DNA of 64,000 nucleotides from a virus. How positions within the stretch are numbered: position 1 is the first letter of the stretch; every line of letters starts with the position of its first letter. Below, piece after piece: positions 17,401-21,456 of the stretch. Under the pieces are notes generated by a model, which was not told the origin of the DNA, made no database searches, and saw only the letters and a program-made list of their open reading frames with translations. Position numbers and translations under genes: made by a program. Location: the IMG/VR virus record IMGVR_UViG_3300037307_000190, one strand, 5' to 3'.

Positions 17401-17608
17401 TCCGAAGATGGCGACCGCCAAGATGTTCCAGACGCAACAGCGGCGGTTCACAGAGTTGTCGAAGCGCATTCGCGTGGTGCGCGCCGATCGAGAAATGGAC
17501 GGCGACACGAAGCGCGATCGCCTCGACGAGTTGACCCAGCAGCGCAACATGCTGGCGAAGGTCGTCATGGAGCGAGCTGAGCGAGCCCAAGCACAAGCGC
17601 AGCGATGA
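5405..17608 (+). CDS. giant multidomain 'polyvalent' virion protein (4067 aa): MTase + SNF2-type helicase + HExxH peptidase-like + ART-like + PLxRFG-type C-terminal module
   Basis: Uninterrupted 12.2-kb ORF. Motifs read from the translation:
- EPTAGNAAL and LMNPPFG
- GDQTGIGKGR, FDESHNAGG and QMLGRVHRTGQ
- FHEVLGH
- VYHGT..GAGFFFGE..EWVAF
- GLMRFG
This domain mix matches DarB-like polyvalent proteins of phages and conjugative elements (recollection). Confidence 0.85.
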   Translation: MDDLDRLLAGPQSADPYDQLLAGPRGRAQPAPKAEPQPGFIPTVKRTGGQMLTSLARSIEDIGGPQAISQPIRQTGEAIVQSNPAGIGSLEQAAESPWLTVKEAVGQMVPQVGAAGVGATLGGIAGRAIGSRFGAGQLGEKAGRYVGGLSPIFVQEYGGVRDKQVAGGQEDKLRALGAAGISTGLEVLGPEAKVIKGLVGAPLKMGVKDVGIGALKQAGIETFTEGTQNVVGQIGAFEDPTTPQALDETALSALMGGIGGGVVGGALRGAESLMAPGEQEKAPAIEEPPPPQLPYAPDPLVVFPDGSVASKSEAEKIIRAREAAARPWMQPTAPLPEEGPLSKTVNRAVEQGVVSPDLAPAETMGGEDVARTTGAGQPQAAIGGGGPPTGRGGQAQPGGVPEPAAAAAQAPAPSAEAGGVQRGRPDKALTAPADWPVQYGKGVIKTVSALEKYRSDVVADITRLSNGPQKEARRETLARIDASIAQANEEYTNARTDVQGVRAPEGGGVPAERVAESVPPAGEVVPAPGQPVPATTGRAAKPEQQPAAQVVPAQVVEGANRPEQPAVATDVARVEGTQGVANEPVAQQAAVRQMPEGATVDEEARPAGAVVAPTAPATSAAGEAAFQPVAAGPVNRPDGGVTRVDEAANVAATSQTVGPSASAEASLPVQAQPNAAPPASVFESGGATVSQAGVPSEPEPAGAAPRQGKIGDKLAAGEVVLTASGRATTPFPKVSMGSNRATTNTVRSVDRWLLENAAAEAQARGDDFNARTFQADAQSKSMPPASKDAAEEYLFGQQPSVVPSILKPLSPSATPQAPAPAPETAQGAATPAGVAPTRAQFEGFDRVEVKTDAGWKQGVVKMAGSQEVTVRLDDGNDVTVPESNVVPVATALTPEAAPVSAAPLGESNAQEIGIQQGVGDPLGGDAARQAAEAAGGNRLLAAAGGAKVAGQVGIPATEGGAAQVGGPGAIGAGQAAPPIAAPTEGVQRGQVQEGRGQDATQALLSQEPPPQIPPAAAPTNIPTEKPKIVPSKNTIFTDEMRESARAVLRSKLRNINSGLDPEVVQAGITIAGYHIEKGARTFAAYAKAMVADLGHGIKPYLKSWYMAAKYDDRLSPFSKEMDDENTILSWRPSELKSPEGRNEVAKEVAAHFDAGNAFPTINEARTFVASLTGEKIEPGTQEAKLTDEAVENGVVLAARKIVAAGREQGQDDGAIFGRLVKLYDSQPNLGVRSSTSIREQAYSTPTPLAFITSRLANVKPTDRVGEPTAGNAALLVEVDPKNAVVNELNPDRADNLKQLGFSPSANDAATTDLATPKSLDVVLMNPPFGAVKDAEGNTKSYQLTENVRTNEVDQAIAWNSLKAMKDDGRAVLLLGGVDATDPEQIREGYRSRAKREFYWRLYNDYNVVDHFTVDGGLYSRQGAGYPVDVVVIRGRGKTQGRQLPAAQLPDRLTSWQQIKERADGLAQERNAGALLPGVRGPGAGVGAGPEGGGVASPVVGGPGVPGGGAGEQGARPAGGNVPSSEGAGNRPTGRPAGSGSNVRPVQPATEKRPVASGERPQPAVSGEGGARKPVGQAGTQGGRPSEVGGTRVVTGERVESGIGADRRGQETETATQVAYKPKSKVPSVGTLVPVNLRDPIQESLSRMEQEHGNLDTYVARELGIPLQDARDYFSAEQVDALAMAIHNANNGSGFIIGDQTGIGKGRVVAGMIRYAMKQGKVPLFVTEKPNLYGDMIRDLDDTGMTDVLKLDTRTPAIFITNEETIPYSLIRQIDGESVERALKLAPPARGKSLAAAMAEMRDKNSISPYKVIFTTYSQIQTQRGGATERMRFIQQLADGGFAIFDESHNAGGTTVTQPRTKEQRAAAKQGETTMGRAAFVRKLVSKAWGTLFSSATYAKRPDVMDLYSSTNMRLAVPKLADLADAITDGGVPMQQIVATMLAKDGQYIRRERTFAGVDYNTRAMTVDRETAENMAESMREILKFSRRMQTLLKQKQKYLDTEGVKVGTLEGGEKQTIQATNFGSVMHNLIDQMLLSLKAKDSVAFAIERLKAGEKVVLTVSNTMGSFIENFADENGLRNGDAMSLNFGDLYIRYLDKQRYYKVKTPGGATEERYIEDEEMSEKDLALYKETRAFIKGAGFGDAPVSPIDYMHQQLRAAGYKTDEITGRNVGVNYETEIPTLQSRNGSIKQRVDAIRGFNNGSVDALILNQSGATGLSLHASSKVQDKRMRHMIIVQPEKNIDTHVQMLGRVHRTGQVRVPAYTQAMADIPAEMRPAAVLLKKMASLNANTTASRKSAVTAEGVVDFMNDYGGQIAIEYLADNPDVHQSIGGNKVIAIPEDPNEANEDVIRKLTGYIPILPIATQEKVYADLAQRYNELIAREDAMGTNKLEARTLDLDAKTLGRESITENKRGDSIFAQPAYMERVDVKRTVKPMTNAEVDAAIAERLGDKTQQQFINDLYDTALKEKDAFIERRAAELTELGADATRIQLVKDNVNLQWGTVAAVLRTYPPGTRVTMTTSDGTINHGTVLDIQNARTTANPVAGSSWKLTLALVNADARVLQINVGQIGTRYNLNVTNVEIPVIMGTGGVEWVTVKELHDRGPNVRRERRYIVTGNILAGYSTYQGQIITYTKDDGTTGQGVLMSRLFNFEKVKARNIKFTSAAPLMQFLKESADAVVTTDGGLRVTKWNDQYVSFQTAPSKREGGRYFLDKRLTEILRTDFFTVSGKMVARVRGGDVEQIVRQALEYLITERDEAFTPRNNVEKAKSILGIGKVETPTIKAPELDFAPEGEKPSDLKAGARAPDLDIPPEGGGDVRFSRQATSPWYSDLARHVEKAAGGLPMFARGEAQAARVVEVQKLADSITSAWKDAPTIKVVESLRDEGVPEAIRKQDQKQTASGAAKGASAVFYKNTVYLVAGSLGTQRQVAEAVFHEVLGHYGLRATFGAQLNRILDNMARVNRAQIEAKAKEYGLDLSKEGDRRMAAEEVLADLAEKRPQSGWVKQAIAAIRTWLRENLPSVFGDMKMSDAELVRNYILPARRTVETGTPAKGEGRAAFQRAPIVTETPEFKKWFGDSKVVNADGKPLVVYHGTTADFDVFDLSWTEVSPRGNTAGAGFFFGESALEAEGYTWGARGPEGSIMPVYLSIKSPYVIGENKYDDPVWNRMVQSKSEAKRVREELVAQGYDGIRTALGEWVAFRPEQIKSATGNSGAFDPTNPDIRFSRRSTELPEWISSGPAALQSAARKFETFAPGKTIGEKFDQWKTGLLDRLIQGTIDAYLPLKRLDMDAYIQARMTKASDGALEGTLLYGKPVLDDDGGVRGILDGKGFLGLMQDLNGEHDRFLLWVAGNRAARLYSEGRENLLEPEEIKALQKLDKDVMTDGRQRAQVYEKTQREFAQFNKAVLDFAEKAGIVNGTDRDQWEAYFYVPFFRVSEDSTIEGPSVKVRGLVGQQGIKRLLGGKDNMGDPLQNTMMNWSHLLSASLANVAAGKALRAAQAQGVAEQTTEAEARIVAKASGFRDGAVYYMKDGQRQWYMVADNAVLSAITSLEPVGLKGPAFKLMQKAKYWLTLGATISPAFKIRNLLRDTVAAPGINQMSYNVLSNVIQGWKGTKKTSEHYQQMMFSGGLMRFGTLIEGERGLHAKRLIEAGIKDQTILDTPEKIKAATTKLWDTWQEFGDRMENVNRSALYDQLKKQGKSHREAAFLTRDLMDFSLHGSWAGMRILTQVVPFLNARIQGLYKLGRAYKDDRKRFATMTGAVALTSIALMLAYKDDDEWKQREDWDRDFYWWFKLDGVAYRIPKPFEIGALGTIAERTAELLVDDEMNGKRYAERLKQMALHTFSMNPVPQLFKPMVDLYANNDSFTGRPIETFAMEGRSKSERTGPSTTALAKFLGSAGDVTGVSPAQIDFVIGAYFGWLGMMTAAVVDTAVSPVSSVPAPAKRWDDWAMRFATELPEAQSRYVTNFYNSAKEAQGILADLRAAREERDMERIAELMADPKMATAKMFQTQQRRFTELSKRIRVVRADREMDGDTKRDRLDELTQQRNMLAKVVMERAERAQAQAQR
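6507..6692 (+). CDS. nested +1-frame small ORF (61 aa) inside a giant-ORF linker
   Basis: GGGAGGTG is followed by 4 nt and then the ATG. By hand count, 55/61 third positions are G/C in this frame against 22/62 in the host frame over the same stretch. The peptide MLPALQELVSLKLLSVEEAHQLDEV... has normal composition. Confidence 0.45.
   Translation: MLPALQELVSLKLLSVEEAHQLDEVAKRSPAEFLSLPLPLLKRLLQAQRLAAFNVADQTRH
6882..7145 (+). CDS. nested +1-frame small ORF (87 aa), Cys-rich N-terminus
   Basis: GAGGA lies 8 nt upstream of the ATG. The nested frame has high GC3 while the host frame turns A/T-ending. Peptide begins MQGLTCKACERPRVEECRLRGWPNLC... Confidence 0.4.
   Translation: MQGLTCKACERPRVEECRLRGWPNLCRLREKLFPHPDSPYPPLPDELLSPNSSPQRRSFLLKLWKGRIDPSNPQWQPTLPEWKVLKE
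7149..7355 (+). CDS. nested +1-frame small ORF (68 aa) with a CGKC motif, coupled to the preceding nested ORF
   Basis: AAGGAG precedes the ATG, which lies 3 nt after the TAG of ORF 6882..7145. MNPLHNKPPCGKCQKARLLMRKLGL resembles a redoxin-type N-terminus. High GC3. Confidence 0.4.
   Translation: MNPLHNKPPCGKCQKARLLMRKLGLPVPLLHQPPRQPALLAKPPSNPWLQGQSTGPMAESPESMKRPT
8127..8315 (+). CDS. nested +1-frame small basic ORF (62 aa)
   Basis: TAGGAG lies 6 nt upstream of the ATG. By hand count, 56/63 third positions are G/C against 35/63 in the host frame. MLKKSASNKALETLSAEMQPGKPQKQPAAIAYSQQRAAQ resembles small basic proteins with a KQA(I/V)AI..S.AR motif (recollection). Confidence 0.5.
   Translation: MLKKSASNKALETLSAEMQPGKPQKQPAAIAYSQQRAAQKSQGKSVSPPPKAAPRKSAGRGR
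8367..8417 (+). CDS. nested +1-frame micro-ORF (16 aa, MGKSKKGGGKTPPKPC)
   Basis: GAAGGAG lies 6 nt upstream of the GTG, in the same frame as 8127..8315 and 51 nt after its TAG. It may be the severed tail of that ORF. Confidence 0.25.
   Translation: MGKSKKGGGKTPPKPC
9120..9760 (+). other. N6-adenine DNA methyltransferase-like domain of the giant protein
   Basis: Motif I-like GEPTAGNAAL at about 9200-9226. Motif IV NPPF at 9377-9388, in frame with 5405. Confidence 0.7.
9792..10211 (+). CDS. nested +1-frame ORF (139 aa) inside the Gly/Pro-rich linker between the MTase and helicase domains
   Basis: AAGGAG lies 7 nt upstream of the ATG. Nearly every codon ends in G/C, while the host frame reads gga/ggt/gct/caa codons. 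The peptide MASRKNVTLVPFCPEYVDPELG... is globular-looking. Confidence 0.5.
   Translation: MASRKNVTLVPFCPEYVDPELGSVLVPKGEVSQAQWWEALAFRVAELVSKEHDPQAAMYQAARALGTGLPDDPQEAGAMFVLSNLQLKNALSHQANDHSLQFPAKAALGNPSAKQALKEVDLQRWVELASSQVSESSLE
10490..12175 (+). other. SNF2/DEAD-like helicase domain of the giant protein
   Basis: GDQTGIGKGR at about 10492-10521, DESH at 10937-10948 and QMLGRVHRTGQ at 12140-12172. All are in frame. Confidence 0.75.
14204..14221 (+). other. HExxH zinc-peptidase-like motif (HEVLGH) in the giant protein
   Basis: The triplets cac gaa gtc ctc ggg cac read directly, in frame. Confidence 0.6.
14660..15022 (+). other. ADP-ribosyltransferase-like (ART-PolyVal-type) module of the giant protein
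   Basis: PLVVYHGTTADFDVFDL ... GAGFFFGES ... YDGIRT ... GEWVAFRPEQIKS resembles the H-Y/S-E type ART pattern (recollection). Confidence 0.5.
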
Positions 17609-17705
17609 TGACGATGGCACCAAGCGCCTTGCGCGTGTTCGTCGGGATCGCCTCGACGGCAAGCCCGATGATGATGACGGAAAGCAACACCACGACGTAG
17701 CTCAT
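17565..17705 (-). CDS. small hydrophobic ORF (46 aa, two predicted TM helices), antisense to the giant gene's 3' end
   Basis: Hand translation gives MSYVVVLLSVIIIGLAVEAIPTNTRKALGAIVIIAALVLGLAQLAP. No clear SD. It overlaps the giant ORF by 44 nt. Confidence 0.3.
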   Translation of the reverse strand: MSYVVVLLSVIIIGLAVEAIPTNTRKALGAIVIIAALVLGLAQLAP

Positions 17706-17848
17706 CGCGCCGGATTATCTGGCGTGCCAACTATGTCTCGGGCGTTGCTCACGCGCTGCGGTTTCCGCTTGAAACAGCGTGTTATCCAACAGGCTGGATG
17801 ACTCGTGCGTCGATACCATTGCGCCGTTGTTGCATTGGTGAAGCACAC

Positions 17849-18121
17849 ATGAGGCACGTTGGGAAGGTTCAGGCCGCGCTCGCTGTCGTATTGACTGGCG
17901 GGTTCTTCACCGTCATCTGGTTTGCGCTGACCCACGAACACCAGCCGTCCATGAGGGATGTGGTTCTCATGCTGATCGGTGCCTTGGTGCGCGATCAAGG
18001 AACGGTGGCGAACTTCTACTTCGGCTCCAGCTCCGGCAGCGTAATGAAGACGAATCTGCTGGCCGGCAAGGATGCAGGCGATCCGCCGCCCGGGACCGAC
18101 CCGCGAGAGGCGGCACGATGA
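17849..18121 (+). CDS. small membrane protein (90 aa)
   Basis: Internal ATG of track ORF 17798..18121. Hydrophobic stretches AALAVVLTGGFFTVIWFAL and VVLMLIGALV. First gene of the membrane/lysis block. Confidence 0.55.
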   Translation: MRHVGKVQAALAVVLTGGFFTVIWFALTHEHQPSMRDVVLMLIGALVRDQGTVANFYFGSSSGSVMKTNLLAGKDAGDPPPGTDPREAAR

Positions 18122-18393
18122 AACAACCCAGTTGGTGGCCGCCGTTGGACGAAGGACCAGCCCCAGGAAATGCCGAGCGGCTCAGGGATCTGCATCACAA
18201 GGTTCGCTACTTGTGCCCGGACCTGTCCGAAGCCGATCGCACTGCGCTGATGGAGCTGATCGAGTTCTGGCGGGGGTGGCGCTTCTTCATTCGCGGGGCC
18301 AAGGTGTTCATCGTGTTTCTTGGCGCGCTCGCAGCCGCAGCGACAGCGTGGGACTCAATAGCCGGAGGACTGAAGACGTGGTTGCGAGGATGA
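18118..18393 (+). CDS. small membrane protein (91 aa, C-terminal TM)
   Basis: ATGA start/stop overlap with the upstream gene. C-terminal hydrophobic segment VFIVFLGALAAAATAW. Confidence 0.55.
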   Translation: MKQPSWWPPLDEGPAPGNAERLRDLHHKVRYLCPDLSEADRTALMELIEFWRGWRFFIRGAKVFIVFLGALAAAATAWDSIAGGLKTWLRG

Positions 18394-18833
18394 TTGACAA
18401 GCTGAGCGGACGGTGGGCCTTGTCGGCCATGCTCGTCTGGCTCGCGATCTACGGTTATCTCAATTTCATTCCGGCGTCGTGGTGGATGAATGTCGAGTCC
18501 GTTATGGTCCCGCCGGTGGTGTCGGCGCAGAAGTCCGTTCCGATCGTCGTGCAGCGCACGATCAAGCAGGACTTCACCGGCCAGTGGGTCGTCAACGTGC
18601 GAAAGCTGCAAGGAACCGACTGGATCAACTACTGCGCCGGCGCCGGGGAATCAAACTACAGCAAGGACCTGCCTTCATCGCTCAGCGTCGATCTTGAGTG
18701 GTGGAGCGGCCATGGTTGCAAGACGCTGTCGCCAGGAACGTATCGGATCGTCACGAGCTGGCGCATCAATCCCAAGTACAACGTTGAACGCTGGTTGTCG
18801 ATCGACTCCAACGTGTTCAACGTCGAGCCGTGA
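18378..18833 (+). CDS. membrane-anchored protein (about 147-151 aa)
   Basis: GGAGGA lies 8 nt upstream of the GTG at 18378, with an alternative ATG at 18390. N-terminal TM segment ALSAMLVWLAIYGYLNFI. Confidence 0.55.
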   Translation: MVARMIDKLSGRWALSAMLVWLAIYGYLNFIPASWWMNVESVMVPPVVSAQKSVPIVVQRTIKQDFTGQWVVNVRKLQGTDWINYCAGAGESNYSKDLPSSLSVDLEWWSGHGCKTLSPGTYRIVTSWRINPKYNVERWLSIDSNVFNVEP

Positions 18834-18838
18834 GGTGA

Positions 18839-19144
18839 ATGGACGACTGGATCGCCAAAGAGCGCAGGAAGCTCGACAAACTCAAGGAGCCCAAGCAGCA
18901 AGCCGACGTAGTTGATGCGAAGGAACTGCAGGAAGCGTGTGTTCGCCGACTTGAGCAGGAGGTCGAAAGTGGAAGCAGTCGCGTGGTGTCTGATCGGGGA
19001 AAAAGGGCACATGAGCGTGTATCTCGATCGCAGCAGGGCGCTCCTGCAAGCCCCGGCCGTTCACGGAATCGTGAAAGCGCTGGTCGTCGAAGAGCGGGTA
19101 AGAGAGATGCTGCAGGCCGCCTACGAGCAAGGAAAAATCGATGA
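18839..19144 (+). CDS. hypothetical protein (101 aa); its C-terminal half overlaps a better-coding frame
   Basis: GAGGTGA then ATG. The first ~40 codons have good GC3, then GC3 drops. The stop overlaps the endolysin ATG (ATGA). Confidence 0.4.
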   Translation: MDDWIAKERRKLDKLKEPKQQADVVDAKELQEACVRRLEQEVESGSSRVVSDRGKRAHERVSRSQQGAPASPGRSRNRESAGRRRAGKRDAAGRLRARKNR

Positions 19145-19169
19145 ACGACACTCTACTCACAGACAATGA
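18969..19169 (+). CDS. hypothetical protein (66 aa), overlapping ORF
   Basis: AGGAGG lies 6 nt upstream of the GTG. GC3 is higher than in the overlapping 18839 frame. Peptide VEAVAWCLIGEKGHMSVYLDRSRALLQ... Confidence 0.4.
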   Translation: MEAVAWCLIGEKGHMSVYLDRSRALLQAPAVHGIVKALVVEERVREMLQAAYEQGKIDERHSTHRQ

Positions 19170-19716
19170 CTACGCCCGCGCAGCGGCTCGGATCGGGTGC
19201 GATGTCGCGGCGGTCAAGGCCGTTGCGCAAGTCGAATCCCCGCGGGGTCCGTTCAACCCAGACGGTTCGCCCACCACGCTGTTCGAGGGCCATGTGTTCT
19301 CGCGGCTGACGCAGCACCGTTACGATCTAACCCATCCAGATCTGTCGTATCCCAAGTGGTCGCGCCAGTGGTACGGCAAGACGTGGCGAGCAGAACAGGA
19401 CCGCCTGTTCCGAGCGAGCCGCCTTGCGTACAAGCCCGCGCTGATGAGCGCGTCATGGGGGATGTTCCAGATCATGGGCTTCAACTACGGGGCCGCCGGG
19501 CACGTCAGCGTCTACACCTTCGTCGACGCCATGCGCGAGTCGGCCGCCAAGCAGCTCGACGCCTTCGTTGGCTTCATCGAGACGAGCGGGCTATCCGATG
19601 AGCTTCGTGACCATCGCTGGGCCGACTTCGCGCGGCACTACAACGGGCCGGGCTACGCAGTCAATCGCTATGACCAGCGGATCGCCGAGGCGTATTCACA
19701 GAACGCCAAGGCATGA
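19141..19716 (+). CDS. endolysin, N-acetylmuramidase family
   Basis: SWGMFQIMGFNYGAAG and the overall 191-aa pattern match the phage muramidase family (PF11860-type, recollection). It sits next to holin and spanin genes. Confidence 0.8.
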   Translation: MNDTLLTDNDYARAAARIGCDVAAVKAVAQVESPRGPFNPDGSPTTLFEGHVFSRLTQHRYDLTHPDLSYPKWSRQWYGKTWRAEQDRLFRASRLAYKPALMSASWGMFQIMGFNYGAAGHVSVYTFVDAMRESAAKQLDAFVGFIETSGLSDELRDHRWADFARHYNGPGYAVNRYDQRIAEAYSQNAKA

Positions 19717-19843
19717 AGTGGTTCCGCTGACCTGACAAACTGAGACGTGTGTCACGGTTGACAAATCGGCGCGCGGTGTCAGCGCGCCACGCCCGCAGCG
19801 GTGTCGTTCATATAATCGCGCACCCAAATCTCGGGAGATCGTG

Positions 19844-20038
19844 ATGTTGGAACTTGCCCTGTCTGTCGCTGTCGGTGCCGTGATCGGCATCGTGTTCATG
19901 TGGTTCTGGTATCCCTACAACCTCGCCAAGCACCCCGAGAAGATCGCGGCGCTGCAGGCGCGCGCTGAAAGGTTGACCGCAAGCGCGTCCGACCTTTTCC
20001 AGGAGACGCTCGATTCGATTCGCCAAGCCCAGAAGTGA
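19844..20038 (+). CDS. holin candidate (64 aa, N-terminal TM)
   Basis: GGGAG lies 6 nt upstream of the ATG. TM segment LALSVAVGAVIGIVFMWFW. Lies between the endolysin and the spanins. Confidence 0.55.
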   Translation: MLELALSVAVGAVIGIVFMWFWYPYNLAKHPEKIAALQARAERLTASASDLFQETLDSIRQAQK

Positions 20039-20427
20039 GGTGGGACATTGCCATGCTGTTGGCCGTCGTGGCGGTGTCTACCGTCGCGGGATACCGCTTC
20101 GGCTATCTTGAGGCGGCCGACGAGGCTCAGGCTGCGGTCGATGCGTACAAGCAGCGCGTTGACGACGCCAACTACCGCTCCGCCTCGGCGTCATTCCGAT
20201 ACGAGGAATGGAAGGACCGCCAGCAACTGCGATCGACCGAGATCGTGAAGGAGGTGAAGCGTGCTGCGAACTCTCCCGAGGCTCGCGATTGGTCTGCTGC
20301 TCGGCTCCCTGACGGCGTGCGCAACGCCGCAACCAAAGCTGCCGCCGAGCTTGGTGCCGGCGAGCCTGCTGCAGCCGTGCCCACCGTTCGGACTCCGCGA
20401 TCTGCAGACGAACGAGAACCTTCTTGA
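20035..20427 (+). CDS. i-spanin (Rz-like), pair 1
   Basis: N-terminal TM (IAMLLAVVAVSTVAGY) plus a coiled-coil periplasmic domain. Overlapped by a lipoprotein ORF in the +1 frame. Confidence 0.75.
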   Translation: MRWDIAMLLAVVAVSTVAGYRFGYLEAADEAQAAVDAYKQRVDDANYRSASASFRYEEWKDRQQLRSTEIVKEVKRAANSPEARDWSAARLPDGVRNAATKAAAELGAGEPAAAVPTVRTPRSADEREPS

Positions 20428-20506
20428 AGCCTTTGTCGACGCGCTGCGTTGGGGGGCTGACTGCCGGCAGAGACATCAAGAACTCGGCAACGCCGTGCGT
20501 CCCTAG
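20261..20506 (+). CDS. o-spanin (Rz1-like lipoprotein), pair 1, overlapping arrangement
   Basis: AAGGAGGTGA then GTG. Lipobox LGSLTAC. Pro-rich mature part. Confidence 0.75.
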   Translation: MLRTLPRLAIGLLLGSLTACATPQPKLPPSLVPASLLQPCPPFGLRDLQTNENLLEAFVDALRWGADCRQRHQELGNAVRP

Positions 20507-20568
20507 TTCATGGTCACTCCCCTGCTCAAGCGCGACACCACGCACGAAGAACTGACCGAGGCCACCCA

Positions 20569-21104
20569 ATGAAACCCCTGATCTTTGCCATCCTCATCGC
20601 CACGGCTCCCGCATGGGCCGGTGGCAAGCCTCCGCCGCCGCATCACGACATCAACGTGAGCCACGATGCGATCATCAAGCAGTGGCAGGAACAGTCTGCC
20701 AACAGCAGCGCGACCAGTTCGGCGGAGAGCGGGGCATCGACGAGTGCCGGGGGGGGGCGGTCAACGACTCCTCGCGGATGTACGTGCTCCCGGCTCCGGT
20801 GTGGACAACCGCGCCTGCGGTCGGGACGTGCATCAGGTCCACGTCGTCGGCGTTCAGCATCGGATGGAATTTCTTCTCTGTCTCGAACAGTGAGACGTTC
20901 ACGGAGTACGAGGCGTGCATGCAGCGATACCTGAAGGATCAGGCGGCCATCGTGGCGCAAATGCACACCCCACGACCCGTAGCCGACGTCACGCCGGTGC
21001 CATGCAAGACGCCTGGGTTCAAGCGAAACTCTGCCGGCCGGTGCTATGACCCCGCATGGACTCGCTGCCCGACCGGAACCAAGGCTGTCTGCATGCCAAA
21101 ATGA
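20569..21104 (+). CDS. secreted Cys-rich protein gene interrupted by a G9 tract (two frames: 20569..20757 then 20757..21104)
   Basis: Signal peptide MKPLIFAILIATAPAWA. High-GC3 coding switches from the 20569 frame to the 20613 frame exactly at the G-run. One extra G would fuse them into a protein of about 178 aa. Confidence 0.6.
20749..20757 (+). repeat. homopolymeric G9 tract at a frame junction
   Basis: gcc ggg ggg ggg cgg read directly from the sequence. Confidence 0.95.
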
Positions 21105-21247
21105 ATGGCCTGCGCTACCTACTAGCGGCGGCCATCAGCGTCGCGTCATGGCCCGTTCTAATGGTCCTGGGGGCCATTGCCGCAGTAACAGCGGGGCTGT
21201 CGATGGTGCTAGTGTGGGTGCCGCGCGCTATCAGGCCGAATGAGTGA
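21101..21247 (+). CDS. small membrane protein (48 aa)
   Basis: ATGA overlap with the upstream stop. Peptide MNGLRYLLAAAISVASWPVLMVLGAIAAVTAGLSMVLVWV. Confidence 0.5.
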   Translation: MNGLRYLLAAAISVASWPVLMVLGAIAAVTAGLSMVLVWVPRAIRPNE

Positions 21248-21249
21248 GC

Positions 21250-21456
21250 ATGGCGGGCGTCACAAAGTGCATTGGCACCGACTGTCCGCTGCGCCAGCGG
21301 TGCTACAGGTACACGGCGACGCCGAGTGAACACGGACAGTCGTGGGCTGACTTCACGGGCCTCTGGCACTGCGACAATGAACGCCTTGAGGTCGAGTGCC
21401 CAGAGTGCATTCCGGCTCTCGAGCGACAGCGCAATGCGTTGGACGATGGTCAATGA
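21250..21456 (+). CDS. small Cys-rich protein (68 aa)
   Basis: ATG 3 nt after the upstream stop (alternative GTG at 21244). Motifs CIGTDCPLRQRCYRY...CDNERLEVECPEC. Confidence 0.55.
   Translation: MAGVTKCIGTDCPLRQRCYRYTATPSEHGQSWADFTGLWHCDNERLEVECPECIPALERQRNALDDGQ

Noticed and set aside
19758-19816. TTGACA and TATAAT hexamers upstream of the holin candidate.
   Set aside because: They are 47 nt apart by hand count, and neither has a suitable partner hexamer at 16-19 nt. A GGCGCGC...GCGCGCC hairpin lies between them, but this is not a standard promoter.
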